Notes under the pieces: generated by a model
The model's database searches: none
Told to the model about the DNA's origin: nothing
Seen by the model: only the letters and a program-made list of their open reading frames with translations
NCBI GenBank assembly: GCA_965213675.1
Contig: OZ243916.1
Coordinates: 1,824,001 to 1,888,000, forward strand
Source: an uncultured Candidatus Binatia bacterium
GTDB taxonomy: Bacteria; Desulfobacterota; Binatia; UBA9968; JAJDTQ01
Length of the DNA: 64,000 bases
Reading direction: 5' to 3'
Translations under genes and position numbers: made by a program
Shown here: piece after piece, positions 36,510-46,348 of the stretch
Position numbering within the stretch: position 1 is the stretch's first letter
How the letters are laid out: the number at the start of each line of letters is the position of its first letter

Positions 36510-36700
36510 ATTCCGTGACGCCGCCGAGGAATACGTGACAACCCATGACGCCGCTCTCACCTTCTGCAAGGTGGCGCACGAACAACGCCCGGGAACTCTT
36601 CCCGATGCCGCGTTCTCCGCTGACGAACCCGATGCGGAAGTTGCCTGCTGCAGCCGCCTTTGCCATGCCGCGCAGGCGCTCTATCTCGTCACCCCGTCCG
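36510..36700 (-). pseudogene. Remnant of an AAA/STAND-like P-loop ATPase N-terminus
   Basis: GRGDEIERL...FVSGERGIGKSS (Walker A at about 36592-36618); no start codon or RBS and no downstream continuation. Confidence 0.6.
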
Positions 36701-36701
36701 C

Positions 36702-37772
36702 CTACCAGCCCACCGGGCTCGCCAGGCGGCCGCCGATTTCCGGGGAGTCCGCGGCGTAGCGGTAGACCCGGAACATGCTGTTGCCCGGGCCGCGGCCCTC
36801 GTAGTCGGCGAAGAACGGGCAGACGTACTCCCATACGATCTCGCCCGCCTGGGTGATCTCGAACGCCCGTCCCATCTGTCCCTCGCAGATGAGCGTGTTG
36901 CCGTTGTCGAAGCGCTGGGCGCCGCTGATGTTGGGGCTGAAGAAGGTCCAGATGGGCGAGCCCTTGTACTGCCACACGGTTTCCCCGGTCTCCGGGTCCA
37001 GTTCGATGACACGCGAGTAGGGGTTTTCAAGGCAATGAATGCCGTTGGCGAACAGCAGGATGTTGCCGTTGGGCAGCACCGTGCAGTCGTGCTGATGGCC
37101 CCAGGTGACGTCCTGGTGGGACCAGCGCACCTTGCGGGTCTCACGGTCGATCATCATGATGGCGTTCAGGCGCCGGAAGCTGAGCATCACGCCGCCGTCG
37201 GCCAGCGGGAAACACGCGTTGGCATGGGCGAACTCGTCGCGCCCGCAGCACGGACACATCGCCCAGCGGTCCAGTTCCAGGTCGCGCCACGCGTGCCATT
37301 GCCACACCGTGTCGCCGGCGGGCGACACCTCACGCACGTAGTCGCCGTAGGTGACCCCGTCGCGCTCGCTGCCCGGCCGTCCGCCCTGGATGCGCGGCTG
37401 CACGTCCGCGGGCACCGGCTCCCAGCCGATGTAGAGGGTGTTGCCATCGGGTCGCCTGCGGAAGTCGTGGTGCTGAGCCGGGTCGCAGTACTCCCACACC
37501 ACCTCGCCGTCCCACGTGTACTCCCGCAGGAGGCCGCCCTTGCCGCGCCGCAAGGGCGGTCCCTCATCCATGCGCCCGGCCCACAGCAGGTTGCCGGTGG
37601 GCAGCAGGTAGGCGTAGTTCCCCGGGCACAGGGGGAACGACCACTCGTGCAGCACCTCGCCGCGCATGCCGATGAGGTACGCCTTGCGGGAGGACTGCGG
37701 CACGATGAGCGTGTAGCCCGGCGTGGCCTTGGCCCGGTCGTGCACCAGCACGCCCAGATCACGATAGCGCAT
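36702..37772 (-). CDS. Arylsulfate sulfotransferase (ASST) family beta-propeller, no signal peptide
   Basis: PGYTL, QHHDF, FAHANA, GHQHD, SRVIELDP, FFSPNISGAQRFDNGNTLICEG, GEIVWEY; AGGAGG RBS. Confidence 0.8.
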   Translation of the reverse strand: MRYRDLGVLVHDRAKATPGYTLIVPQSSRKAYLIGMRGEVLHEWSFPLCPGNYAYLLPTGNLLWAGRMDEGPPLRRGKGGLLREYTWDGEVVWEYCDPAQHHDFRRRPDGNTLYIGWEPVPADVQPRIQGGRPGSERDGVTYGDYVREVSPAGDTVWQWHAWRDLELDRWAMCPCCGRDEFAHANACFPLADGGVMLSFRRLNAIMMIDRETRKVRWSHQDVTWGHQHDCTVLPNGNILLFANGIHCLENPYSRVIELDPETGETVWQYKGSPIWTFFSPNISGAQRFDNGNTLICEGQMGRAFEITQAGEIVWEYVCPFFADYEGRGPGNSMFRVYRYAADSPEIGGRLASPVGW

Positions 37773-37852
37773 GGGGCCTCCTTGTCGTCATGACCCGTAC
37801 GCCCGGTGTGCCTCCACTCCTGGAACTTTCCCAAGTTGTGGCGGAACGCGCC

Positions 37853-39289
37853 TCAGCCCACCGGGGGTTTCCGCGTATGCCACCCTGCGGCCTGCTCGTA
37901 GGCGTGGGCGACCTGCAACAGTAAGGGCTCTTCAAAGTGAGGCGCGGCGATTTGCAGCCCGATGGGGAGACCCTGGGCGGAGAAACCGCAGGGCACGCTG
38001 ATGGCAGGGGCGCCGGTGACGTTGAACGGAATGGTGCATAGCGTACCGCGGGTGCCGCGGGCGTCCTGCAGCGGGATCGGCCCGTTCTCCGTGTCCACGT
38101 ACCCTTGCTTGCACTCATCCATGGTTTCCGCCGGCATGCTGACGGACGGACTCACGATGACGTCCACCTGCTCGAAGGCCCGATCGAAGGCTTCGCAGAC
38201 AAGACGGCGCACCCGTTGCGCTGTGACGTAGGCGTGGGCGGGAATCGCCAGGGCGCGCACCTGCCGGTAGAGAAGTTCGGGACTGAAGTCGCGCGGCCGG
38301 GCGCGCAGGAACGGCTCGGCCGGGGACAGGTTCTCGGCCCGCGCGGTGACAAGCTGCACCATGGGGACATGTTCCACGTAGGGGACCGACAGCTCCCGCA
38401 CCACCATGCCCAGGGACTCCAGCACGCCCACCGCGTTGGCCACCGCCTCCTTTACCTCGTCCACCGCCAAGTCGTCGAAGTAGTCGCGGATGACGCCGAT
38501 CCTGAGGCCGGTGACGCCCTCGCCCACGCGCGCGCCAAAGTCCGGCACCGGGGCGTGGCTGGACAGAGGGTCCTTGGGGTCGCGGCCGGCGATGGCTTGC
38601 AGCATCAGCGCGCTGTCACGCACCGTGCGCGAAAGCACGCCGAAATGGTCGGTGGAATAGCCGCCGGTGCCGGCCACGCCGCCGTAACGGCTCACCCGGC
38701 CGTAGGTGGCCTTGAGCCCCACGACGCCGCACAGGGACGCCGGGTTGCGCACCGAGCCCGCGTTGTCGGTGCCGATGGAGCCCAAGGCCAGGCCCGCGGC
38801 CACGGACGCGGCCGAGCCGCCGCTGGACCCGCCTGGAACGCGATTACGGTCCCAGGGGTTGCGCGTGGCGCCGTACCAGGGGTTGATGGTGGTGCAGCCC
38901 GCGGCCCACTCGTGCAGGTTGGTCTTGCCGACGATCACCGCCCCGGCCTGTTTGAGCCGGGCCACCACGGTGGCGTCCTCGTCCGGCACCCAGTCCCACA
39001 GGTGTTTGGCGCCCGCGGTGGTGCGCACGCCCGCGGTGGCGAGGCTGTCCTTGATGGAGACGGGGATGCCGTGCAGCGCGCCGCGGTAGCGGCCCGCGGC
39101 GATGTCGGCGTCGGCGCGCTCGGCGTCGGCCAGGGACGGCTCGCGCATCACCGTGACGAACGTGTGGAAGTCCGGATCCAGGCGGTCGATGCGTTCCAGG
39201 TACGCCCGGGTCAACTCCACCGCCGAGACCTCGCGCGCCTCCAGACGGCGCGCGGCCTCGGCCATGGTGAGCGCATCCAGGTCTATCAC
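37853..39289 (-). CDS. Amidase signature family protein
   Basis: GIPVSIKD, GKTNLHE, PGGSSGGSAA, GTDNAGSVRNPA; GTG start overlaps upstream TGA. Confidence 0.92.
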   Translation of the reverse strand: MIDLDALTMAEAARRLEAREVSAVELTRAYLERIDRLDPDFHTFVTVMREPSLADAERADADIAAGRYRGALHGIPVSIKDSLATAGVRTTAGAKHLWDWVPDEDATVVARLKQAGAVIVGKTNLHEWAAGCTTINPWYGATRNPWDRNRVPGGSSGGSAASVAAGLALGSIGTDNAGSVRNPASLCGVVGLKATYGRVSRYGGVAGTGGYSTDHFGVLSRTVRDSALMLQAIAGRDPKDPLSSHAPVPDFGARVGEGVTGLRIGVIRDYFDDLAVDEVKEAVANAVGVLESLGMVVRELSVPYVEHVPMVQLVTARAENLSPAEPFLRARPRDFSPELLYRQVRALAIPAHAYVTAQRVRRLVCEAFDRAFEQVDVIVSPSVSMPAETMDECKQGYVDTENGPIPLQDARGTRGTLCTIPFNVTGAPAISVPCGFSAQGLPIGLQIAAPHFEEPLLLQVAHAYEQAAGWHTRKPPVG

Positions 39290-40242
39290 AGATACCCCTG
39301 GTCCTTGCAGAACCGCTCGGCTCCGGGATGGAGCGGCACGTCCAGAGGGGTGGCGTCGGTATCCTTCCACAACTGATCGATGCCGGTGAGCGTCTCCCAG
39401 TAGATCTCGTTCTGCCGTTCCTTGAGCGCCGCGCACACCTTGTACACGTCCTCCTCCGGCAGCGAAGCGCTGGCATAGAGGGGCCAGCCGCCGTAGTCCA
39501 GGCAGGTGTGGTCCGCGGTGAGGTGCGGATAGCGGCCCGCGGGAATGCTCACCTTGCGCCAACCCAGGGCACCGAGCTTCTCGAAGGCCCAATCCTCCAG
39601 GGTCATCGGCTCCATGCCGCGGGCCAGGGACTCGTCGAACCACAGGATCAGGCCCTCGTCGAACACCGCGTCGATGGTCTCGTCCCGCAGCGCGGACAGG
39701 CGCCGTTCGTCGCCGGGACCGCCGTTGAGCTGGAGGCTGCCGCCCCATGACTCGAGGTCCGCCACCGAGAACCCGTGGAGCGCCAGGGTCTGGTCCAGCA
39801 GCACCCGGGTGGAGTGGGTCGGGTCTTCGCGGATGGACAGCCGCAACGGGTACTTCCGTTCCTTGATCTGCGACAGCGAAGTCAAACCGGTGCGCGGGTG
39901 CATCATGAACACGAAACGATCCCAGGACGGATAACAGGCCACCACGCGCAGCGGCAGCGGCTCCGCAAACAGTCCGGTGCCGCGGTACGCCTGGGTCAGA
40001 AAGGCCGACGGGTTCACCATCGCCATCTCCAGTTCGCCCCTGGCCACCGCGTGGGCGATGATGGGCGAGCCCGTGGACATGCGCAGCCACGGCCTAAAAT
40101 TCTCCGCCGACCCGCTGCCCACGGAAATGCACATGTCCCGGTTGCCGTAATACGGCGTGTCCGGATCACCGGCGACGTGCAGCCCGATCTGCCACAGCAT
40201 CAGGCCGCGTTGAAAATTGGCTCCACGGGGGAGTCGTTCCAT
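39286..40242 (-). CDS. TAXI-family TRAP solute-binding-like protein without signal peptide
   Basis: AYRGTGLF, LRVVA, GLTSLSQI, LPEEDVYKV, C-terminal PLHPGAERF..DQGYL; no hydrophobic N-terminus; AGGAG RBS. Confidence 0.7.
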   Translation of the reverse strand: MERLPRGANFQRGLMLWQIGLHVAGDPDTPYYGNRDMCISVGSGSAENFRPWLRMSTGSPIIAHAVARGELEMAMVNPSAFLTQAYRGTGLFAEPLPLRVVACYPSWDRFVFMMHPRTGLTSLSQIKERKYPLRLSIREDPTHSTRVLLDQTLALHGFSVADLESWGGSLQLNGGPGDERRLSALRDETIDAVFDEGLILWFDESLARGMEPMTLEDWAFEKLGALGWRKVSIPAGRYPHLTADHTCLDYGGWPLYASASLPEEDVYKVCAALKERQNEIYWETLTGIDQLWKDTDATPLDVPLHPGAERFCKDQGYL

Positions 40243-40398
40243 GTTGCTCGCTCCTTGTTCAGTTGGGCCGGCGCATTCCGGCAGATCCTTGTGAAACCGA
40301 CTCGACCGGCAGACTGACTCTGGAACCGGTCCGTGCAGGGGCGACCGCCCGGCGATCAGCCACGACAGTCGCGCGTCTGGTCGCCGGAGAGACGGGTC

Positions 40399-42543
40399 CT
40401 ATCCCAACAGCCCGGCGCCCCGCGCCCACCGGTACTTGGCGCCCAGAATGGCCACCGGCAGCTCGGTGGTGTACGGGCACGCGACGATGCCGCGTTCATA
40501 CAGGTACTCCGAGGCTTCCTCCACCTGCACGTCGCCCACCAGCGACACCACCACCGGCTTGTCGATGCCCTTGTCGCGCCCTTCCTGCACCACCCGGGCG
40601 CACAACTCGGCGAACACCATGGGCGGGGTGATGATGGTGTGCCAGTAGCCCAGGATGAGCGCATGGATGCGGTCGTCCTCCAGGCCGTAGCGGATGGTGC
40701 GTTCATAGGTGGCGGGTGGCTCGCCGCCGGTGATGTCCACCGGATTGCCCGAGGCGCCGAAGGGCGGGATGAATTGCTTGAAGCCCTCGTCCAGATCCTG
40801 TGGGAACTGCATGAGAGAGAGGCCGTTGGCCACCACCGCGTCGGACAACAGCACGCCGGAGCCACCGGCGCCGGTGATGATGACGATCTCCTCGCCCTTG
40901 GGCGCAGGCAGCACCGACAGACCCCGGGCGAACTGAAGCATGTCGTTGAGGGAGTAGGCGCGCACCACGCCGCAGGCCTTGAGCAGGTCGTCGTAGACCT
41001 TGTCGTCCCCCGCCAGGGCGCCGGTGTGCGAGGCCGCGGCGCGGGCGCCGAGTTGGGTGCGCCCCGCCTTGAGCATAACCACGGGCTTCTTCTTCGACAC
41101 GCGCTTGGCCACCTCGTAGAAACTGCGCCCGTCCTTCAGGTCCTCGGCGTGCATGGCCACGACCTGGGTGTGGTCGTCCTGCTCGAAGTAGGTGAGCAGA
41201 TCGTCCTCGTCCAGGTCCGACTTGTTCCCCAAGCCGACGATGGCCGAGACTCCCAGCCGGGTGGAGCGGCTGAAACCGATAATCGACATGCCCACGCCGC
41301 CGCTCTGGGACGACAGCGCCACCGGCCCCTGGACGTCGTAGGGCGTGCAGAATGTGGCGCACAGGTTGGCGGGCGTGTAGTAGAAGCCGTAGATGTTGGG
41401 TCCCATGACGCGCACATTGTGCTTGCGCGCCTCCGCCAGGAGTTCTTCCTGAAGCTCCTTCTCGCCCACCTCGGCAAAGCCCGACGGAATCATCACCGCG
41501 CCGGGGATGCCCTTCTGCCCCACCTCGGTCATGGCCGCGGCGCAGAACTTCGCCGGCACCGCGAAGATGGCCACGTCCACATCCCCGGGGATGTCCTTGA
41601 CGCTCTTGTAGCACTGCTTGCCGAGGATCTCGTCGGCGCGGGGATTGATGGGGTAGAGGGCGCCGGCGTAGCCGCCGTTGATGATGTTCTTCATCACGGA
41701 GTTGCCGATCTTCCCTTCCCCGTCCGAAGCGCCGATGACCGCCACCGCCTTGGGATTCATGATGCGCCGCATGGCCGAGACGATGGCGTCCCGGGACGGC
41801 CGGTAGGGCTCGGGCCGGGGCGTGAAGTCCACGGTCATGACGCTGTCCACCGCCGTGGCGCCGCCGGCATCCGCCAGCACCGGGTTCAGGTCCACCTCGC
41901 GGATCTCGGGAAAGTCGCTTACCAGTTCCGAGACGCCCACGATGATGTTCGCAAGGGCTCCCTTGTCCACCGCGGCCGCGCCCCGGACGCCCCCGAGAAC
42001 CTCCGCCGCGGCCACCCCGTCCAGCATGGAAAGGGCGTCTTCACGGCTGGCCGGCGCCAGCCTGAAGGTCACGTCCCGCAGCACCTCCACCAGCACCCCT
42101 CCCAACCCGAAGGCCACCACCTTGCCGAAGCTCGGATCGGTCACCGCGCCGACGATGACCTCGACGCCCTTGCCCGACACCTGCTGTTGCACATGCACGC
42201 CGCTGAGCACCGCGTCGGCCTTGTAGGCCCGGGCGTTTTTCATAATGGAGAGATAGATCCGCTCCGCCTGTTCCCTGTCCGCCACCCCCACGCGCACGCC
42301 GCCGGCCTCGGTCTTGTGCAGGATATCCTCCGAAACGATCTTCATCACCACCGGGAAACCGATGTTTTCGGCCAGTTCGGCGGCGTCCGCCGCCGACTGA
42401 GCCACGCCTTCGCGCGGCAGCGGCACCCCGTAGGCACGCAGAACCGCGCTGGATTCCAGAGGCGCAAGCGCTTTCCGACCCTCGGTTCTCACGCGTTCCA
42501 GCACGGAGCGCACCTGTTCTTGCCGGTTCGGTTCTGCCTGCAT
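40399..42543 (-). CDS. Acetate--CoA ligase (ADP-forming) family protein, ATP-grasp domain first
   Basis: GFPVVMKIVSEDILHKTEAGGV, DPSFG, EVDLNP; then VAVIGAS, GPNIYG, SQSGG, AAASHTGAL (phospho-His), NPVDITG; AGGAG RBS. Confidence 0.9.
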   Translation of the reverse strand: MQAEPNRQEQVRSVLERVRTEGRKALAPLESSAVLRAYGVPLPREGVAQSAADAAELAENIGFPVVMKIVSEDILHKTEAGGVRVGVADREQAERIYLSIMKNARAYKADAVLSGVHVQQQVSGKGVEVIVGAVTDPSFGKVVAFGLGGVLVEVLRDVTFRLAPASREDALSMLDGVAAAEVLGGVRGAAAVDKGALANIIVGVSELVSDFPEIREVDLNPVLADAGGATAVDSVMTVDFTPRPEPYRPSRDAIVSAMRRIMNPKAVAVIGASDGEGKIGNSVMKNIINGGYAGALYPINPRADEILGKQCYKSVKDIPGDVDVAIFAVPAKFCAAAMTEVGQKGIPGAVMIPSGFAEVGEKELQEELLAEARKHNVRVMGPNIYGFYYTPANLCATFCTPYDVQGPVALSSQSGGVGMSIIGFSRSTRLGVSAIVGLGNKSDLDEDDLLTYFEQDDHTQVVAMHAEDLKDGRSFYEVAKRVSKKKPVVMLKAGRTQLGARAAASHTGALAGDDKVYDDLLKACGVVRAYSLNDMLQFARGLSVLPAPKGEEIVIITGAGGSGVLLSDAVVANGLSLMQFPQDLDEGFKQFIPPFGASGNPVDITGGEPPATYERTIRYGLEDDRIHALILGYWHTIITPPMVFAELCARVVQEGRDKGIDKPVVVSLVGDVQVEEASEYLYERGIVACPYTTELPVAILGAKYRWARGAGLLG

Positions 42544-42744
42544 GGCCTGGGGTCTCCTTGTCTCGACCGGTCCCGTCCCACAAACGCCTACGTGTCCCGC
42601 GCTTTCCGGTAACTCCGTTGCCGCCCCGTTGCCGTCTCCAGGGTGAATCCTGCGTATCGGTTCCACCGGCCAAGGTCAAGCTAACTTGATCGGCTCGCCG
42701 CCGCCTCGGGAACCGCAATGATGGCTCCCTTGGAGCTGTCATGC

Positions 42745-42774
42745 TTGACAGCGCGATTTTCCCCCGCATAAGTT
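42745..42774 (+). promoter_or_regulatory. Putative sigma70 promoter for the KpsS-like gene
   Basis: Perfect TTGACA at 42745-42750, CATAAGTT 16 nt downstream, AGGAGG RBS at 42781. Confidence 0.45.
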
Positions 42775-42793
42775 CCCACGAGGAGGTTCGCCG

Positions 42794-43930
42794 TTGCGTC
42801 GAGTCCTGCTCGTCTACAATTCACCGCGTGTCAAGAAATATTTCTCCTTCCTGAGATCGAACATCTTGTCGCCGGAGGTCGTCTGTTGCAGGGTCTCCTT
42901 CCGCTGGTCGACCTCCCGGCTGCCGAGCCGGAGCGTGGAGGAGATCGTCGACTACGGCATGCGCCGCAAGGAGGCCCGCGCGCGCTACGGTCCTGCCCGT
43001 CTCGCGTTTTTTCGGCGCGCGTACCACGCGGCGGCCGAACTCCACTACCATCAGGTGACCCACGCCATCAGACGGCTGCGCCCTGACGCGGTCGGGGTCT
43101 GGGGAGGCAACACCGTGGACGCGAAGGCCGTGGTGGTCGCGGCGCGGGACGCCATGCTCCCGTGTTTCCGTTTCGAGAATGGCTTTCTTCCCAACACGAC
43201 GCAAATGGATACACACGGCGTCAACGCCGAGTCCTCGGTGCCGCGTGACGAGGGATTCTACCTGAACCGGGCCACCATGGCGGACACCGAGGTGCCGTAC
43301 ACGCCGTCCACGAGATTGCCCCGGAGAGCCAAGCGGGACCTGCCGCCGGTGCCCCTTCCCGGGCGTTACCTGTTCGTCCCGTTCCAGGTGCGCCTCGATA
43401 GTCAAATCATTCTGCACTCTCCCTGGATCCGCGACATGCGCCAATTGTTCGACACCCTGGTCCGGTGCGCTCGCCGCGTGTCCGGCGGTCCGGTGCTGGT
43501 GTTCAAGGAGCATCCGAGTTGCCCCATGCGTTATCCCGAGTTGCACCGGGAAGCGTCTCGGCTTGAGCACGTCTCCTTCGCAAACGGCAATCCCACCGAG
43601 GCGTTGATCCGCAACGCCGTTGGCGTCATCACGATCAACTCGACCGTCGGCGCCGAGAGCCTGCTGCTGTCCAAACCGGTACTGGCGCTGGGAAACGCGG
43701 TCTACGAGGTGCCGGGAGTGGCGTCGTCGGCGCGCTCCGAGGACGCGGTGGTGCAATGGATCGAAGACGTGTGGGCCGGCCGCCCTCCGGCCGCGCCGCT
43801 GCGAAACCGCTATCTCCGATTCCTGAACGAAGAATATCTGATCCCCGAGCGGCATCAGGACCCCGGTCCCCGACACGCCGGCGCGGTCAGGGAGCGCTGG
43901 ACGGCACCCGACCGGTTCACATGGGGATAG
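42794..43930 (+). CDS. Capsular polysaccharide export/modification protein, KpsS-like
   Basis: ENGFLP, GVNAESS, VPFQVRLDSQI, FKEHP, TINSTVGAESL, LGNAVY; TTG start after AGGAGG. Confidence 0.82.
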   Translation: MRRVLLVYNSPRVKKYFSFLRSNILSPEVVCCRVSFRWSTSRLPSRSVEEIVDYGMRRKEARARYGPARLAFFRRAYHAAAELHYHQVTHAIRRLRPDAVGVWGGNTVDAKAVVVAARDAMLPCFRFENGFLPNTTQMDTHGVNAESSVPRDEGFYLNRATMADTEVPYTPSTRLPRRAKRDLPPVPLPGRYLFVPFQVRLDSQIILHSPWIRDMRQLFDTLVRCARRVSGGPVLVFKEHPSCPMRYPELHREASRLEHVSFANGNPTEALIRNAVGVITINSTVGAESLLLSKPVLALGNAVYEVPGVASSARSEDAVVQWIEDVWAGRPPAAPLRNRYLRFLNEEYLIPERHQDPGPRHAGAVRERWTAPDRFTWG

Positions 43931-44038
43931 CGGTGGTATTGGATCGTCCGCGAAAATCGGACAACGTGCAACGGCGCATTGCACAGAACACGCTGAAGAC
44001 AGCACGCCGAAGAAGAATGCCCGGTTCACCGGAGCCTG

Positions 44039-44938
44039 TCAGCGACGAGAGGCTGAATACTCCCGGCATCTCCGCATGAGCGTTCGAAGCTTTCCCGCCA
44101 CCGAACCCTCCCGATACCGGCCCTTGACGGCATGGCGAATCTGACAGACACCCGAAATATCAAGCGGCGTGCCGTCGGTGCCCAGGAGCCACCGGAACGC
44201 CCGATCCTCGTAGGTCTTGCGCCAACGCGGCGCAGGCCGTTGATAGAAACCGATGGAGGCGCAGTAACCAAGAGCCCGAGCCACGTCTCCATGCGTAATC
44301 TGGAAGGGGCCCTTCGCCTTGTGATGGATTCCGTTGTGCGGGTGAAAGGCGCTGATCGGGACTTCTCTCACGGCGGGGGCCGCGCGGCCCTGCACCAATA
44401 TCTCGTGGTCCTCGGGCAGCAACGACGTACCCAGAATCGTCCTGGGATGCACCAAAGGGTCATCTCTTCCCTGCAACACCTCCGCCAGCGTGCTGAGACA
44501 GTCCTCATGGAAGAGAATGTCGGCGTCGGTGAACCAGATCCAATCGGCCTTTGTCGCCCGCGCGGCGAGATTCCGTCCGATGCTGCGGCGGAAAAGCTCC
44601 TGTGGCGGCAGCGGCCGCCAGCGCCAGGAGACGCCGGGCACGTCGATATCGTCGAAATAGCGTAGCACCCGCAAGACTGATTCGTCCTGGGGGGCGTGAT
44701 ACACGGTCATGGTCACATCGAGTTCGTCACAGCGGTGGTTGACGAGGGAACTGAGCTGATAGGTGAGAAAATGGCCATACCGCCAGCAATGCGTCACGAT
44801 CTCGAGAGACAATCTTCCTTTGCGTCTGGCTTTCACCACGCTGGCCGGATTGGTGTCGCGAAACCACGAAGCGGGAAGCACTCCGCTCGCGGCCAGATGA
44901 TACAACAACGTGGAGGCGCTATGGATGAACTCTGACAC
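44039..44938 (-). CDS. Glycosyltransferase family 2 (GT-A)
   Basis: IGRNLAA, WIWFTDADILF DxD motif, YEDRAF; GTG start overlaps upstream TAG. Confidence 0.8.
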   Translation of the reverse strand: MSEFIHSASTLLYHLAASGVLPASWFRDTNPASVVKARRKGRLSLEIVTHCWRYGHFLTYQLSSLVNHRCDELDVTMTVYHAPQDESVLRVLRYFDDIDVPGVSWRWRPLPPQELFRRSIGRNLAARATKADWIWFTDADILFHEDCLSTLAEVLQGRDDPLVHPRTILGTSLLPEDHEILVQGRAAPAVREVPISAFHPHNGIHHKAKGPFQITHGDVARALGYCASIGFYQRPAPRWRKTYEDRAFRWLLGTDGTPLDISGVCQIRHAVKGRYREGSVAGKLRTLMRRCREYSASRR

Positions 44939-46215
44939 TAAGCGCCTTCTCCCGCCCGACCCACATCCGCGCAATCCCACGGCGTTGATCGGTTCACACC
45001 ACCGGATGCAACGGCCTGGATGAGTCGTTCGTAGGCGGTGACCGCCGCGTTCACGGAAAAGTCCTCCGCCCTGCGCCGCAAGACCTCCTTGTCCGGTGGC
45101 TTGTCGAGGACCTGCTCCATGGCCTTGGCCAACCCGGCATCATCTCCCACCGCCACCAAAGGACCGAGCTTGCCGTCCAGAAGTATCTCCGCAGGACCAG
45201 ACGGACAATTCGTGCTGACGCTCGGACACCCGCACGCCAACGCCTCCACCAGCACCATGGACAGCCCTTCGTAGATGGACGAAACGACAAACAGCGAGGC
45301 ATTGGCCATATACACAAACGGGTCATCCACCCATCCGGCGAGGGAGACGCGATCCGCAAGTCCCAGCCGGCGCACAAGCGCTTGGAGCTTCTTCCTTTGC
45401 CTTCCCTCGCCCAGAATAATCAGACGGCATGGGCGGCGCGCCGCAAGTCGAGCGAATGCCTTGACAAGGGTCGGAAAATCCTTGGCCCTTTGAAGCCGTC
45501 CCGCGGCAAGCACGGTCGGCACACCCTCGTCTTGCAGCCACGGATGACTCGGAGACGCCGCCACTCCGCCAACCAGCGCTCCGGTAACCACCGGATTGTT
45601 GATCGCAGTGACATCCCTGGAAGACACTCCCACAAGACGCCTGAGTGCGTCGCAGGCACCGTGTGACACACCGACGAAATGCGCTGCCTGGCCGGCCATA
45701 TGCCGCAATCGGCACAGGTCCCTTGTCCCCCGATACTCATAATTGTTGTGAATGATCGGGATGATCGGTGGATGCGTCCCGAGGAACCGACCCGCCATGA
45801 GAGTGGCGATCTTTGCAAGAGGGAGGCTCGGCAACACACAGTCGGGACGTTCGCGGGCGATGTAGGACGCGATGGCGCGGGTGAAATTCAGCAGTCTCAG
45901 GTCGGGCCGACAACGCAAGAGGTCCCATTTGAAGGCGCGCCCGACATCAAGCCAGTTGGCTCTTCCGAATCCCCCGGGTAGCTGTCGCAGCCGAGCACCC
46001 CTCGGCGACGTGTCCTTGTTCGGAAGCCGGCCGCGGAGTTTGTCCACAAAGAACAGCCGGGCGTCCGCGGGAACCTTCAGCGAATCGTGAAGCACCGGGA
46101 GACGGAGTACGATATCGACCTGGTGACCGCGGTCGGCGAAACCCTGAGCCAGATTGAGCACCACCCGTTCCGCGCCTCCGCCCTTGAGACTGGGAATGAC
46201 CAAGGCGATATGCAT
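44938..46215 (-). CDS. Glycosyltransferase family 4 (GT-B)
   Basis: GGGAERV, AGRLQRAKDF, EGLSMVLVEALACG, CPSGPAEIL. Confidence 0.92.
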   Translation of the reverse strand: MHIALVIPSLKGGGAERVVLNLAQGFADRGHQVDIVLRLPVLHDSLKVPADARLFFVDKLRGRLPNKDTSPRGARLRQLPGGFGRANWLDVGRAFKWDLLRCRPDLRLLNFTRAIASYIARERPDCVLPSLPLAKIATLMAGRFLGTHPPIIPIIHNNYEYRGTRDLCRLRHMAGQAAHFVGVSHGACDALRRLVGVSSRDVTAINNPVVTGALVGGVAASPSHPWLQDEGVPTVLAAGRLQRAKDFPTLVKAFARLAARRPCRLIILGEGRQRKKLQALVRRLGLADRVSLAGWVDDPFVYMANASLFVVSSIYEGLSMVLVEALACGCPSVSTNCPSGPAEILLDGKLGPLVAVGDDAGLAKAMEQVLDKPPDKEVLRRRAEDFSVNAAVTAYERLIQAVASGGVNRSTPWDCADVGRAGEGA

Positions 46216-46348
46216 AGGCGTCACTACGATGGGTCCCCGGAACCGGGGCTATGGAACAGTCTCGCCGGCAGAGGCGCGGGGTCGCCTCGGTCACCCCATG
46301 CCTGCCGGCATGCAGACACCTCACAACGCGCGCCGGCAATGGCGCGCT

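Noticed and set aside
37853-40090. 745-aa amidase with long N-terminal extension; GatA call
   Set aside because: Extension overlaps the TAXI-like gene in another frame; real start is GTG 39289. No gatB/gatC nearby, so not called gatA
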